Shown here: positions 9,100 to 19,112 of the stretch, in pieces
Position numbering within the stretch: the first letter of the stretch is position 1
How the letters are laid out: each line of letters opens with the position of its first letter
Assembly (NCBI GenBank): GCA_902478425.1
Contig: CABSKV010000001.1
Location: forward strand, 1-55,691
DNA length: 55,691 bases
Direction: 5' to 3'
Source: an uncultured Coriobacteriia bacterium
Lineage (GTDB): Bacteria > Actinomycetota > Coriobacteriia > Coriobacteriales > QAMH01
Translations under genes and position numbers: made by a program
The notes under the pieces: model-generated
What the model saw: only the letters and a program-made list of their open reading frames with translations
What the model was told of the DNA's origin: nothing
The model's database searches: none

Positions 9100-10017
9100 A
9101 TGGCCCAGCAAGACGCTGTCGAAGAGCTCGATCCATCGACGCTCGGTCCCGACCTCATCGTTATCACGGGCATGTCCGGCGCGGGCCGTACCGAGGCCAT
9201 GCACACCTTCGAGGACCTTGGCTATTTCTGCATCGACAATCTGCCGCCGTCGCTACTCCTTAATCTCGTGAGTCTCGCCGGTCTCAACGTCGGTTCCTCG
9301 CGCAAGCTCGCCGTCGTGTGCGATCTGCGCGCCCAGGAGTTCTTCCCGGAGCTCGCTCGCGAGCTCGACAAGCTCGACGAGATGGGCATTACCACCAAGG
9401 TGCTCTTTCTCGATTCGACAGATGAGCAACTGTTGAATCGTTACAAGGCGACGCGCCGCCGTCATCCGCTTTGCGAGGGCAACATGTCGATTCTCGATGG
9501 CATTCGCAAAGAGCGCAGCCTGCTCGCCGAAGCGCGTGATCAGGCCGACTACGTGCTCGACACGAGCATCACGCGCCCCCAGGAGACTCGCGCCAAGATT
9601 CGTGCGCTTTTTGCCTCCGAAAACGATCTCGACGAGATGCGCATCTCGGTTTACTCCTTCGGTTTCAAGCATGGTGCTCCCATCGATGCCGATATCGTCA
9701 TCGATGTGCGCTTCTTGCCCAACCCCTACTACGATAAGAAGCTACGTACCAAGACGGGTCTTGATCACGAAGTCTCCGAGTTCGTGCTCGGACAGCCCGA
9801 GACGGAGCGTTTCCTCACGCGCTGGTACGCGTTGCTCGACGACATCATTCCCGGCTACATCCAGGAGGGCAAGCAGTACCTCACCATCGGCGTGGGTTGC
9901 ACGGGCGGTCAGCACCGCAGCGTCGCACTTGCCACCGTGACTGGCCAACATCTCTCCCAGGCGGGCTATCGCGTGAACACCACCCATCGCGACTTGGCGC
10001 TCGCCGAGGTCAACTAG
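9100..10017 (+). CDS. rapZ: RNase adapter protein RapZ (P-loop NTPase YvcJ family)
   Basis: Contains ITGMSGAGRTEAMHTFEDLGYFCIDNLP and a C-terminal GCTGGQHRSV motif. SD is AGGGGAG. Confidence 0.93.
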   Translation: MAQQDAVEELDPSTLGPDLIVITGMSGAGRTEAMHTFEDLGYFCIDNLPPSLLLNLVSLAGLNVGSSRKLAVVCDLRAQEFFPELARELDKLDEMGITTKVLFLDSTDEQLLNRYKATRRRHPLCEGNMSILDGIRKERSLLAEARDQADYVLDTSITRPQETRAKIRALFASENDLDEMRISVYSFGFKHGAPIDADIVIDVRFLPNPYYDKKLRTKTGLDHEVSEFVLGQPETERFLTRWYALLDDIIPGYIQEGKQYLTIGVGCTGGQHRSVALATVTGQHLSQAGYRVNTTHRDLALAEVN

Positions 10018-10026
10018 GAGGCTGTC

Positions 10027-11064
10027 ATGAATCGAACGAACGCTGTTGTCATAGGCGGCGGCACGGGCGCGCCTGCCTCCATCCGCACTCTGCTCGACAT
10101 GGGCTGCAAGGTTTCCTCGGTCGTGGCCATGGTCGATGACGGTGGCTCCACCGGCATCTTGCGCGAGCGCGGCGGCGTGATCCCGCCCGGTGACATCCGC
10201 AAGTGCATCAGCGCGATGTCGGCAAACTATGACGGCATTCTCGCGCGCGCCTTTCGTCATCGCTTCGATTACCTCGACAATCACTCGCTTGGCAACCTCA
10301 TCCTCACGGCCATTGCCGACGAGACCAATTCCTTCCCCGATGCGATTCGCGTGTGCGAGGGCCTCATCGAGGCGCGTGGCCACGTGTATCCTTCGACCCT
10401 GCACGACGTGAGCCTCTACGGCCTGACCAACGACGGCACCGAGCTCGAGGGCCAGGCGGTCATCAGCGATGCCGATTGCAGCATGCGCTACGTCTCGCTG
10501 CATCCGGCTGATGCCCAGGCCTATCCGGCGGCGCTGCGCGTCATACGCGAGGCGAACTTCATCGTGCTCGGTCCGGGCTCGCTGTTCACCTCGATCATCC
10601 CCAACCTGCTCGTCCCTGGCGTCGTCGAGGCGATACGCGAGGCGCATGACCGCAAGGACGACCCCGCATGCACGGTGTTCGTCTGCTCGCTTGCCGACAT
10701 GCAGGGCGAGACCTGGGGCATGAACTGCTACGACTACGTCGACGCGCTCACGCGCCATGGCATGCGCGGCCTTCTCGACATCGCGCTCATCCACCGCAAC
10801 GCCGAGTCGAGCCCGATGGCAAGCGGCGTCTTTCCCACGCTCACCGATTACTCCGATGCGCGCAAGTACACGAGGGGACGCAGAGCGGGCAAGCTCGCCC
10901 ATGTCGAGGCAAGCGACGAGCTCGTGAACAAGGTCAAGGAGCTTGGCGTGCAGCCCATGGTGCGCGATCTTGTCGATCCGGTACGTCCCACCTGGCATGA
11001 CCGCGAGAAGCTCGCCAAGGCGTTTCAGGAGGTGCTGGCGGCGTGTCATTCACGTCAGAGGTGA
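10027..11064 (+). CDS. yvcK: Gluconeogenesis factor YvcK (CofD-like, UPF0052)
   Basis: Contains VVIGGGTGAPASIRTLL, DDGGSTG and IVLGPGSLFTSIIPNLLVPG. It sits in the conserved rapZ-yvcK-whiA order. Confidence 0.9.
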   Translation: MNRTNAVVIGGGTGAPASIRTLLDMGCKVSSVVAMVDDGGSTGILRERGGVIPPGDIRKCISAMSANYDGILARAFRHRFDYLDNHSLGNLILTAIADETNSFPDAIRVCEGLIEARGHVYPSTLHDVSLYGLTNDGTELEGQAVISDADCSMRYVSLHPADAQAYPAALRVIREANFIVLGPGSLFTSIIPNLLVPGVVEAIREAHDRKDDPACTVFVCSLADMQGETWGMNCYDYVDALTRHGMRGLLDIALIHRNAESSPMASGVFPTLTDYSDARKYTRGRRAGKLAHVEASDELVNKVKELGVQPMVRDLVDPVRPTWHDREKLAKAFQEVLAACHSRQR

Positions 11065-11969
11065 AAGACGAGCTGTCTCGCATCGAGCCAACGTGCTCCC
11101 AATGCGACCGCGCCGAGCTTTCCGCGCTCATTCGCATCGAGGGTACGCTCACCATCAGCGGCGATGGCCCGCGTCTCGAGCTTGCGACCGAGACGGGAAG
11201 CGTCGCGCGCACGGCAATCCGCCTGCTCCACAGCGTCTACGAGCTCGCCACCAACCTCACCGTGCGCCGTAGCATCTTGCACAAGACGCATAACTACCTC
11301 ATCACCGTGCCGCCGCAGGCCGGGCTCACCGATGCCCTGCACGACATGGGCATTCTGGGTGCGTCGGGCTTCGAGGGAGGCATCCGCCCCGAGCTCGTCG
11401 AGAACGCCTGCTGCGCCGGAGCCTATCTGCGCGGCGCGTTTCTGGGTGGCGGCTACATCGCCGACCCGCGTGGCGCCTTTCACTTCGAGCTGGCCGGCCC
11501 GTCCGAGGAGCTCATCGCTGCCTGTCTCGAACTCATGCGCGAGCATGGCATACGCGCGCGCTACATCCGCCGTCACAACATGTACGTGATATACATAAAG
11601 GGTATCGAGCAGATCATTGCATTGCTTGCCTTCATAGGCGCGCATCAAAGCGCGCTTGCCATCGAGAACGCACGCGTCATCAAGTCGGTGCGCAACGACA
11701 CGAATCGCAGGGTCAATGCCGAGATAGCCAACCAGGTCAAATCGACGAAGGCATCGCTGCAGCAAATCGAGTGCATTCGTCGTCTCGTCGGGCAAAAGGG
11801 CATCGAGGCGATTCCCGAATCGCTGCGCGAGGTCGCCCTGTTGCGCATCAAGCACCCGGACGCCACGGTCAAGGAGCTTGGCGAGCTAGCTGACCCACCG
11901 CTGTCCAAGAGCGCGGTGTATCACCGCATGCGACGCATCGCGGCGATGATTGACGACAATGAGGGGTAA
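11043..11969 (+). CDS. whiA: DNA-binding protein WhiA
   Basis: Begins VSFTSEVKDELSRI from a GTG start, has a LAGLIDADG-like middle region and a C-terminal HTH (KELGELADPPLSKSAVYHRMRRI). It overlaps yvcK by 22 nt. Confidence 0.93.
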   Translation: MSFTSEVKDELSRIEPTCSQCDRAELSALIRIEGTLTISGDGPRLELATETGSVARTAIRLLHSVYELATNLTVRRSILHKTHNYLITVPPQAGLTDALHDMGILGASGFEGGIRPELVENACCAGAYLRGAFLGGGYIADPRGAFHFELAGPSEELIAACLELMREHGIRARYIRRHNMYVIYIKGIEQIIALLAFIGAHQSALAIENARVIKSVRNDTNRRVNAEIANQVKSTKASLQQIECIRRLVGQKGIEAIPESLREVALLRIKHPDATVKELGELADPPLSKSAVYHRMRRIAAMIDDNEG

Positions 11970-12023
11970 CGCTCCCGTATAATGGCTGAAACGCATCAGG
12001 GCTCAGGAGAAAGGGCATGACAC

Positions 12024-13283
12024 ATGGGTGAGGCACTGGAGAAGGCGAAGAAGGCGCGCATCGCGTCGCGTGAGCTGGCGAAGACGAGCTCGCAGCAGCG
12101 TTGCGACGCGCTCAACAGGATGGCCGACGCACTCGTCGAACATGCCCCGGAGATCCTCGCGGCCAACGAGGCCGATATGGATGCGGCCCGCGAGAAGGGG
12201 ACGCCCGGCCCGCTGCTCGATCGCCTCATGCTCTCGAATGAACGTATCGACGGTATTGCAGATGGCCTGCGCCAGGTCGCGGCCCAGCCCGAGGTGCTTG
12301 GCGAGGTCCTCGAGGGAAGCGAACTCTACAACGGCTTGCGCATGATCAAGTACCGCGTGCCCCTCGGCGTCGTCGCGATGATCTACGAGGCACGACCCAA
12401 CGTCACCGCCGATGCCGCCGGCCTGTGCATCAAGACGGGCAACGCCTGTATCCTGCGCGGCGGCAGTCTTGCCCAGCATTCCTGCCTTTCCATCTCGCAC
12501 GTACTTTCGCAGGCGGCGGCCAGCGTTGGCTTGCCTGCCGATTGCATCCAGAGCATCGAGGACCCGAGCCGCGAGGCAACCAATGAGCTCATGAGCCTCG
12601 CCGGCCTGGTTGACGTGCTCATCCCGCGTGGCGGTGCGGGCCTCATCCAGCACTGCGTGAAGAACGCGACCGTTCCCGTCATCGAGACCGGTACGGGCAA
12701 CTGCCACGTCTACATCCACGCGCAGGCAAACCCCGCCTATGTCGAGCCCATCATCATGAACGCCAAAACCCAGCGTCCTGGCGTTTGCAACGCCTGCGAG
12801 AGCCTGCTCATCGACGAGGAGGTCGCCGAGGTCTTTCTCCCGACACTGCTCATGGCACTCGCACGCGCGGGCGTGACCATCCATGCCGATGCGCCGGCTG
12901 CCGCCATCGCCGCGGCACATGGCGTCGAGGTCGTCGCGGCGACCGACGAGGATTGGGGTACCGAATATCTCGACATGGAGATAAGCGTCAAGTGCGTGAC
13001 GGGCGTCGATGAAGCAATTGCGCATATCAACGCATATGGCACGGGACATTCCGAGAGCATCATCTCCCAGGACGTGAGCGCCGTCGATCGTTTCCAGCGC
13101 GAGGTCGATGCAGCGGTCGTCTATGCCAACGCCTCGACGCGCTTTACCGATGGCGGCGAGTTTGGCCTGGGCGCCGAGATCGGCATCAGCACGCAGAAGC
13201 TGCATGCACGTGGCCCCATGGGGGCGGCTGCCCTCACGTCGGTCAAGTATCTCGTGAGCGGCGAGGGCCAGGTCAGAGGCTAG
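12024..13283 (+). CDS. proA: Glutamate-5-semialdehyde dehydrogenase (gamma-glutamyl phosphate reductase)
   Basis: Full-length aldehyde-dehydrogenase fold with VIYEARPNVT-like IYEARPNVTAD, the catalytic NACESLL region and GTGHSE. SD is AGGAGAAAGGG. Confidence 0.95.
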   Translation: MGEALEKAKKARIASRELAKTSSQQRCDALNRMADALVEHAPEILAANEADMDAAREKGTPGPLLDRLMLSNERIDGIADGLRQVAAQPEVLGEVLEGSELYNGLRMIKYRVPLGVVAMIYEARPNVTADAAGLCIKTGNACILRGGSLAQHSCLSISHVLSQAAASVGLPADCIQSIEDPSREATNELMSLAGLVDVLIPRGGAGLIQHCVKNATVPVIETGTGNCHVYIHAQANPAYVEPIIMNAKTQRPGVCNACESLLIDEEVAEVFLPTLLMALARAGVTIHADAPAAAIAAAHGVEVVAATDEDWGTEYLDMEISVKCVTGVDEAIAHINAYGTGHSESIISQDVSAVDRFQREVDAAVVYANASTRFTDGGEFGLGAEIGISTQKLHARGPMGAAALTSVKYLVSGEGQVRG

Positions 13284-13286
13284 AAC

Positions 13287-13898
13287 GTGCGCGAACGCAT
13301 CGGCATCATGGGCGGGACCTTCGATCCCGTGCACAACGGGCATCTCGTCATCGCGAAAAGCGTCGCCGAGCAGCTTGGCCTTGACCGCGTGCTCTTCATC
13401 CCCGCGGGCAATCCCAATTTCAAGCAGGGGCAAAGGCTCGCCTCGGCAGCCGACCGCGCGCACATGGTCGAGCTTGCCATCGAAGGCGAAGCGCTCTTCG
13501 AGCTCGACCTGCGCGAGGTCGAGCGGCCTGGCATCACCTATACGGCTGACACGCTTGAAGAGCTCGCGCAGTGCTACGAAGGCACCCAACTCTTCTTCAT
13601 CATGGGCACCGATTCTGCCATCACGCTGCCCGATTGGAAGCGCGCGGCTGACGTGGCGCGCCTGTGCACGATCGTCGTGGCGAAGCGCCCGGGGCAGTCA
13701 ACGCAGCAGGTGCGCGATGCGCTTGCGGCAAGCTCCATCGATTTCGACATCGTCTATCTCGACGTTCCCCAAGTCGATGTATCCTCGACCCAGCTGCGCG
13801 AGCAGATCGCACAGGGGCAGGATGTGAGCGATATGATTCCTCCTTCCGTCGCGGCGTTTCTCGCCGAGACGGGGCTGTACCAGAGCATGCAAGGCTGA
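13287..13898 (+). CDS. nadD: Nicotinate-nucleotide adenylyltransferase
   Basis: Contains GIMGGTFDPVHNGHL (the (H/T)xGH motif) and SSTQLRE. The GTG start lies 4 nt after the proA stop. Confidence 0.93.
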   Translation: MRERIGIMGGTFDPVHNGHLVIAKSVAEQLGLDRVLFIPAGNPNFKQGQRLASAADRAHMVELAIEGEALFELDLREVERPGITYTADTLEELAQCYEGTQLFFIMGTDSAITLPDWKRAADVARLCTIVVAKRPGQSTQQVRDALAASSIDFDIVYLDVPQVDVSSTQLREQIAQGQDVSDMIPPSVAAFLAETGLYQSMQG

Positions 13899-13912
13899 AA
13901 GAGAGACAAAAC

Positions 13913-14548
13913 GTGAAGAAAGACAAGAAGCTTCTGAAGCGCGTGACCAAGGCGGTGGACAAGCGCCTGTCGGGCAAACGCCTCGATCACGTGCATTCGG
14001 TATCCAAGTGCGCTGCCAAGCTTGCGCGCATGTACGGAGTAGACGAATACGATGCGCGCATCGCGGGGCTGCTGCATGACTGGGACAAGCTGCTGACCGA
14101 CGACGAGCTTCCGGCGCGCCTCGACGAGCTGGGCATCGAGCGCCCCGAGCACATCGAGTACCTGTATCCCGTGCTGCATTCCTTCACGGGTGCCGCGGCC
14201 GTCAAGCGCGAGTTTCCCGAGCTGAGCGATGAGATCATCAGCGCCATCCGCAAGCACACGCTCGGAGACTTCGAGATGAGCGACCTGGACATCATCATCT
14301 TCACCGCCGACATGATCGAGCCGCTTCGGCAGACCAAGGGACGTCCGCAGATCAAGCGTCTGCGCAAGATGGCGGGCAAGGTTCCGCTCGACGAGCTCTA
14401 CTTCGAGGCCTACGCGACCACGATGGTCTCGCTCATCGAGCGCAAGCGCTTCATCGACCCAATCGCACTCGACATCTGGAACAGCCTGGTCGAGCGTCAC
14501 CATCCCATCGACAAGTCGCGTCAGGGCGACCCCGACGTCGTCTTGTAA
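13913..14548 (+). CDS. yqeK: HD-domain hydrolase YqeK (bis(5'-nucleosyl)-tetraphosphatase family)
   Basis: HD motif LLHDWDK in the conserved nadD-yqeK-rsfS order. ORF 13664.. overlaps nadD; GTG 13913 after GAAAGAGAG avoids that overlap. Confidence 0.85.
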   Translation: MKKDKKLLKRVTKAVDKRLSGKRLDHVHSVSKCAAKLARMYGVDEYDARIAGLLHDWDKLLTDDELPARLDELGIERPEHIEYLYPVLHSFTGAAAVKREFPELSDEIISAIRKHTLGDFEMSDLDIIIFTADMIEPLRQTKGRPQIKRLRKMAGKVPLDELYFEAYATTMVSLIERKRFIDPIALDIWNSLVERHHPIDKSRQGDPDVVL

Positions 14549-14602
14549 TACAATTCGCTATCATTGACGCAAGCAAACTTGCACGTCCGTAAAGGGGGCA
14601 CG

Positions 14603-15052
14603 TTGACCGAGCACAGCGCATTCAAGGAGCAGGCACTCGTTGCCGCGCGCGCCATCGACGAGAAGAAGGGAACCGATATCGTCATCCAGGACGTGTCAGA
14701 CCTTCTCAACGTCACCGACTATTTCGTCATCTGCACCGCGGCGAACAATCGTCGCGTCGACGCGATTGCCGAGGAGGTCGAGGAGCAGCTCTTCAAGGAG
14801 TTCGGCGTCAAGCCCGTGAGCATCGAGGGCCTCGATGAGAGCGAGTGGGTGCTCATGGATTACGGCCCCATCGTCGTGCACATCTTCCAGCCCGGCCCAC
14901 GCGACTATTACCGCCTCGAACAGCTTTGGGATGCGGCTCCGACCGTGGACGTCGCGCTCGCCGGTATCGAGGATCCCGTCTACACCGAGCGCATCGCGCA
15001 TCTGCTCGAGCGCGCTGACGCGAATGCCCAGGACGCGGCAAGCGAGGAATAG
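14603..15052 (+). CDS. rsfS: Ribosome silencing factor RsfS
   Basis: Contains KKGTDIVIQDVSDLLNVTDYFVICTAANNRRVDAIAEEV and WVLMDYGPIVVHIF. TTG 14603 is preceded by AAAGGGGG. The maximal ORF starts at TTG 14564. Confidence 0.88.
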   Translation: MTEHSAFKEQALVAARAIDEKKGTDIVIQDVSDLLNVTDYFVICTAANNRRVDAIAEEVEEQLFKEFGVKPVSIEGLDESEWVLMDYGPIVVHIFQPGPRDYYRLEQLWDAAPTVDVALAGIEDPVYTERIAHLLERADANAQDAASEE

Positions 15053-15055
15053 CCC

Positions 15056-16423
15056 ATGAGTGCGAGGACGGTCTGCGCGGCGCTCGTCTGCAAGGCGACG
15101 TACCATATGCTGCGCCTGCTCGGGCGCGGTGGCACCTCACTGCCGGGCAAGCTCGCGCTCAAGATCGATCCGGAGTACCTGCACGAGCTGAGCCGTGGCG
15201 TGCGCACCATCGTCATCACGGGCACCAACGGCAAGACGACGTCCACGCATATCGTCGCCCAGGCGCTCGAGAACATGGGCGAGCAGGCCTTCTACAACCG
15301 CAGCGGCGCGAACCTCATCCAGGGCATCACGACCGAGTTCGCCATCCGCTCCAGCATCACCGGCAAGCCACGCTACAAGCTTGCCGCCATCGAGTGCGAC
15401 GAGGGCGCATTGCGCCGCGTCTGCAAGCAGCTTGACCCGGACGTGCTCGTCATCACGAACGTCTTTCGCGACCAGCTCGACCGCTATGGCGAGGTCACTC
15501 ATACGCTCGAGAACATCATGGCAGGCGTGACGAACTCCCCGCATGCGACGCTGTGCCTCAACGCCGACGATTCCATGGTCGCCTCCATTGCCCAGAAGGT
15601 CGATAACGAGGTGATCTTCTACGGGGTGAGCTGCGAGATTTATCCCGAGCGCGTATCCGACCTCTCAGACGCGACGCATTGCATCAGGTGCGGATCCGAG
15701 TACGAATACGACTACGTCACGTTTGCGCATCTGGGCGGGTTTCGCTGCCCGGCCTGCGGCTATGCTCGTCCCACTCCCATGGTCGCGGTGGAAAGGATAC
15801 TCGAGCGCCGAAGCGATAGCTGCGTGCTCGAGATCAGCGTCGATGGCGTGAGCTCGGTCGTGCCGGTCGACGTGCCCGCGAGCTACGATATCTACAATTG
15901 CGCATGCGTTGTCGCGGGCCTTCTGGCCTTCGGCTTCCCCAAGGAACGGGCTTTCGAGGCGCTTGGCAAGTTCAAGCACGGCTTTGGCCGCTCCGAGGTC
16001 TTCGACGTGAACGGCACCAAGGTGCGCCTCATGCTCATGAAGAATCCCGCGGGCTGCAACCAGATCATCAACCTGCTCCTCAACGAGACTGACGAGGACA
16101 TGGGCCTCGTGTGCATCCTCAACGACCAGGAATGCGACGGCACGGACGTCTCGTGGATCTACGACGCCGGCTGGGAGGCGATTTGCGCGCACAAGAGCAC
16201 CGCTATCTGCAGCGGTGATCGTGCCGAGGACATGGCGCTGCGCCTCAAGTACGCTGGCATGCCCGCGTCAGGCATTCGCATCGTGCACGACTACGGCGCG
16301 CTCATCGACGAGCTCGGACGCATGGACCATTCCGTGACCGTCGTCGCCAACTACTCGGCGATGCTCGGCTTTCGCGCTAAGGCCGCAAGCGTGCTCGGCC
16401 TTGCAGGATTTTGGGAGGGCTAG
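15056..16423 (+). CDS. murT: Lipid II isoglutaminyl synthase, Mur-ligase-like subunit MurT
   Basis: Mur-ligase P-loop TGTNGKTTST, a Zn-ribbon (CIRCGSEYEY...FRCPACG) and a C-terminal DUF1727-like domain. It is directly followed by gatD. Confidence 0.88.
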   Translation: MSARTVCAALVCKATYHMLRLLGRGGTSLPGKLALKIDPEYLHELSRGVRTIVITGTNGKTTSTHIVAQALENMGEQAFYNRSGANLIQGITTEFAIRSSITGKPRYKLAAIECDEGALRRVCKQLDPDVLVITNVFRDQLDRYGEVTHTLENIMAGVTNSPHATLCLNADDSMVASIAQKVDNEVIFYGVSCEIYPERVSDLSDATHCIRCGSEYEYDYVTFAHLGGFRCPACGYARPTPMVAVERILERRSDSCVLEISVDGVSSVVPVDVPASYDIYNCACVVAGLLAFGFPKERAFEALGKFKHGFGRSEVFDVNGTKVRLMLMKNPAGCNQIINLLLNETDEDMGLVCILNDQECDGTDVSWIYDAGWEAICAHKSTAICSGDRAEDMALRLKYAGMPASGIRIVHDYGALIDELGRMDHSVTVVANYSAMLGFRAKAASVLGLAGFWEG

Positions 16424-16426
16424 GGC

Positions 16427-17185
16427 ATGGCCGACGAGAAGATGCACATCACGATCGGGCACCTCTACCCCGATCTCCTCAATCTCTACGGGGATCGTGG
16501 CAACACGATCACGCTTGCCAGGCGTTGCGAATGGCGCGACATCGACGCGCGCGTAATCGACCTAGGTGCCGGCCAGGACGCCGACTTCGAGGACATCGAC
16601 CTCTTCTTCATCGGCGGCGGTCAGGACTTCGATCAGCGTACCCTGCTCGCCGATTTGGGTGTGGGCGTCGCGGGCTCGAAGGCGACTCGCCTGCAGCAGT
16701 CCATCGAAGCTGACGTTCCCGTGCTCGCGATATGCGGTGGCTACCAGATTCTCGGTGAGTACTACCTCGACCACGAGGGACAGATGGCGAAGTTCATCGG
16801 CGTGCTTCCCATGTACACCGAGGCGGGTGATACGCGCCTCATCGGCAATATCGCCTTCCGCGCAGATGCCATCGAGGGGGCGCCCGTGGTCATCGGATTC
16901 GAGAACCACGCGGGTCGCACGCATTTGCGAGAGGGCGCGATTCCGCTCGGTACGGTGCTGAAGGGCTATGGCAACAACGGCGAGGACGGCACCGAGGGGC
17001 TGCGCTATCGCAACGTCATCGCGACCTACAGCCACGGCCCGCTGCTGCCCAAGAATCCGCGAATCGCGGATACGCTCATCGAACTCGCGTTGCGCCGTCG
17101 CTATCCCGAGGCGAAACTTCAGCCGCTTGATGACGCGCTCGAAAACGCCGCACATGATACTATGGAGCAAAGACTAATCTCATAG
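16427..17185 (+). CDS. gatD: Lipid II isoglutaminyl synthase, glutaminase subunit GatD (CobQ-type amidotransferase)
   Basis: Begins ITIGHLYPDLLNLYGDRGN and has the catalytic Cys in LAICGGYQILG. The start lies 4 nt after murT. Confidence 0.88.
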   Translation: MADEKMHITIGHLYPDLLNLYGDRGNTITLARRCEWRDIDARVIDLGAGQDADFEDIDLFFIGGGQDFDQRTLLADLGVGVAGSKATRLQQSIEADVPVLAICGGYQILGEYYLDHEGQMAKFIGVLPMYTEAGDTRLIGNIAFRADAIEGAPVVIGFENHAGRTHLREGAIPLGTVLKGYGNNGEDGTEGLRYRNVIATYSHGPLLPKNPRIADTLIELALRRRYPEAKLQPLDDALENAAHDTMEQRLIS

Positions 17186-17206
17186 TCGCTTAATCGGAGG
17201 GGAACC

Positions 17207-18538
17207 ATGGAGCAGACCAACTACAGCGGAAGGTACTTCCGCACGAGCTACGGCGATATCAAGGGGTCGAAGGGCTGGTTCGGCAAGATCTGCCTGCTCG
17301 GCCTCATCGAGTTCATTCCCATCTTCGGTCAGATGACCGTATATGGCTATGCGTGGGAGTGGGCGCATAAGGCCGCCTGGGGTGTCGACACGCCCATGCC
17401 CAAGAAGATCTACAGCCGTCCGGGCAGCAAGATGCTGCGCTGGGGTTGGTTCGCGCTCGTCATCGCGTTTCTCATCGCGCTCATCCCGGGCATCGTCATG
17501 TCGATTGGCAGCTGGCTCAGCTCGATGGGCATGGAAACCGGCATCTACACGGCAACAGGCCGCTACATGGTGGTCACGCCGGGCAACTTCGGCTTTGCCG
17601 CCCTCGGTTGGGTCGTCAACGTCATCGGCATCGTACTCGCCGTCTTCGCCTGCGTCATCAGCTGGGTGGGCACCATCCGCATGACCATGTACGATCGTCT
17701 TGGCACGGGCTTGCAGCTCGGCAAGATCTGGGCCATGATCAAACAGGACTTCGGTGGCATCATGCGCATCTTCGGTATGGTGATTCTCTTCGAGATCGTC
17801 GGCGGCATCATCATCGGCATCATCGTGGCAATCATCCTCGCGCTCGTGCTTGGCGCGACGCTTACCCCGATTATCATCATGGCGAGTAGCGGCGGTTATT
17901 CCGATTCCGCCATTGTCGGCTACCTCGTGACGCTCGTCATGACCATGCTGCCGCTGTTCCTTCTGATCTCCTACGTCTGGTTCGTCTACTCCGTGTTCGT
18001 CCAGCTACTGCTTGCCAGGGCCGTCGGTTACTGGACGCGCCAGTTCAACGTGGCTGCTTGGGGCACCAAGGACGATCCGCTGCCCTTCGAAGTTGCAGGC
18101 GGTCAGCCCGATGCGCCGCGTCCTCCGCACGCACCTGCGGGCGCTCCTGAGGCTCCTGCGCCGCCCGCGGGCGAGCCGGTGAACGCTGCCGTAGCTCCCG
18201 AGGCCCCAGTCGAGGTTCCTCCTGCGCTCAATCCGGTCGATGTCGCCGAGGCACTTGACGCCGAGCCTGAGCTGCCTGCATCCGATGCGGCTGATGGCAA
18301 CGTGAGCGATGAGGCAACGCATGTCGACGTCGTTGATCCTGGGCTGGCAGAGCCCGAGGAGGCAGCGGCTGGCATTATCGCCGCGGAAGAAGATGCGGAA
18401 CATCCTGAGGCTGCACTCGAAACGGGTAATGACGCAAAGGATGCGGATGCGTCGCCGTTTATCGATGATGTCGATCCCAACCTTGTCGCCTCCGAAGAAG
18501 AGGAGATGACGGAGCGTCAGTCTGAGGACAAGCTCTAG
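17207..18538 (+). CDS. Polytopic membrane protein (DUF4013-like N-domain) with a ~150-aa Pro/Ala/Glu/Asp-rich C-terminal tail
   Basis: SD GGAGGGG. The N-terminus reads GWFGKICLLGLIEFIPIFGQMTVYGYAWEW and is followed by about 6 hydrophobic helices. The tail reads PDAPRPPHAPAGAPEAPAPPAGEP...EEEEMTERQSEDKL. Confidence 0.7.
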   Translation: MEQTNYSGRYFRTSYGDIKGSKGWFGKICLLGLIEFIPIFGQMTVYGYAWEWAHKAAWGVDTPMPKKIYSRPGSKMLRWGWFALVIAFLIALIPGIVMSIGSWLSSMGMETGIYTATGRYMVVTPGNFGFAALGWVVNVIGIVLAVFACVISWVGTIRMTMYDRLGTGLQLGKIWAMIKQDFGGIMRIFGMVILFEIVGGIIIGIIVAIILALVLGATLTPIIIMASSGGYSDSAIVGYLVTLVMTMLPLFLLISYVWFVYSVFVQLLLARAVGYWTRQFNVAAWGTKDDPLPFEVAGGQPDAPRPPHAPAGAPEAPAPPAGEPVNAAVAPEAPVEVPPALNPVDVAEALDAEPELPASDAADGNVSDEATHVDVVDPGLAEPEEAAAGIIAAEEDAEHPEAALETGNDAKDADASPFIDDVDPNLVASEEEEMTERQSEDKL

Positions 18539-18572
18539 AGGGCAAAAGCGCCATCCGCTTAGCATATTTTTA

Positions 18573-18601
18573 TTGCTTTCATGTCGCACCACGAGTATTC
18601 T
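18573..18601 (+). promoter_or_regulatory. Candidate sigma-70-type promoter for rplM-rpsI
   Basis: TTGCTT-N17-TATTCT sits in a locally AT-rich stretch about 75 nt upstream of the rplM start. Confidence 0.4.
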
Positions 18602-18674
18602 TAACGGGTTCGCTTTCAGAGCCCCGTGAAACTCTGTGATTGAACAACATGGTAGTTTAGTTGGAGGAACACAC

Positions 18675-19109
18675 GTGAAGACCTACTATGCGAAGCCCGG
18701 CGAAGTCCAGCGCGAGTGGCTTCTGGTCGATGCGACCGACATGACCCTTGGTCGTCTTGCTTCCGCCGTTGCGCAGATCCTGCGCGGCAAGAACAAGCCG
18801 ACCTACACGCCGCATGTTGATACGGGCGATTTCGTGATCGTCGTCAACTGCGACAAGATCAAAGTGACTGGCGCCAAGGTCACCGACAAGGTGTACACCC
18901 GCATCACGGGTTATCCCGGCGGCGTGCGTCAGGAGACCTTCCAGGAGGCAATGGAGAAGCATCCCGAGCGCGTCATCGAGCACGCCGTCAAGGGCATGCT
19001 CCCCAAGAACACGCTCGGACGTCAGATGGGCAAGAAGCTCAAGGTCTATGCAGGCCCCGAGCATCCGCATCAGGCGCAGAATCCCCGCAAGATTGACCTG
19101 GAGGCATAA
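18675..19109 (+). CDS. rplM: 50S ribosomal protein L13
   Basis: Begins [20 protein letters not shown] from a GTG start 8 nt after GGAGG. The ORF-track start at 18636 lies upstream of the SD. Confidence 0.95.
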   Translation: MKTYYAKPGEVQREWLLVDATDMTLGRLASAVAQILRGKNKPTYTPHVDTGDFVIVVNCDKIKVTGAKVTDKVYTRITGYPGGVRQETFQEAMEKHPERVIEHAVKGMLPKNTLGRQMGKKLKVYAGPEHPHQAQNPRKIDLEA

Positions 19110-19112
19110 CCC

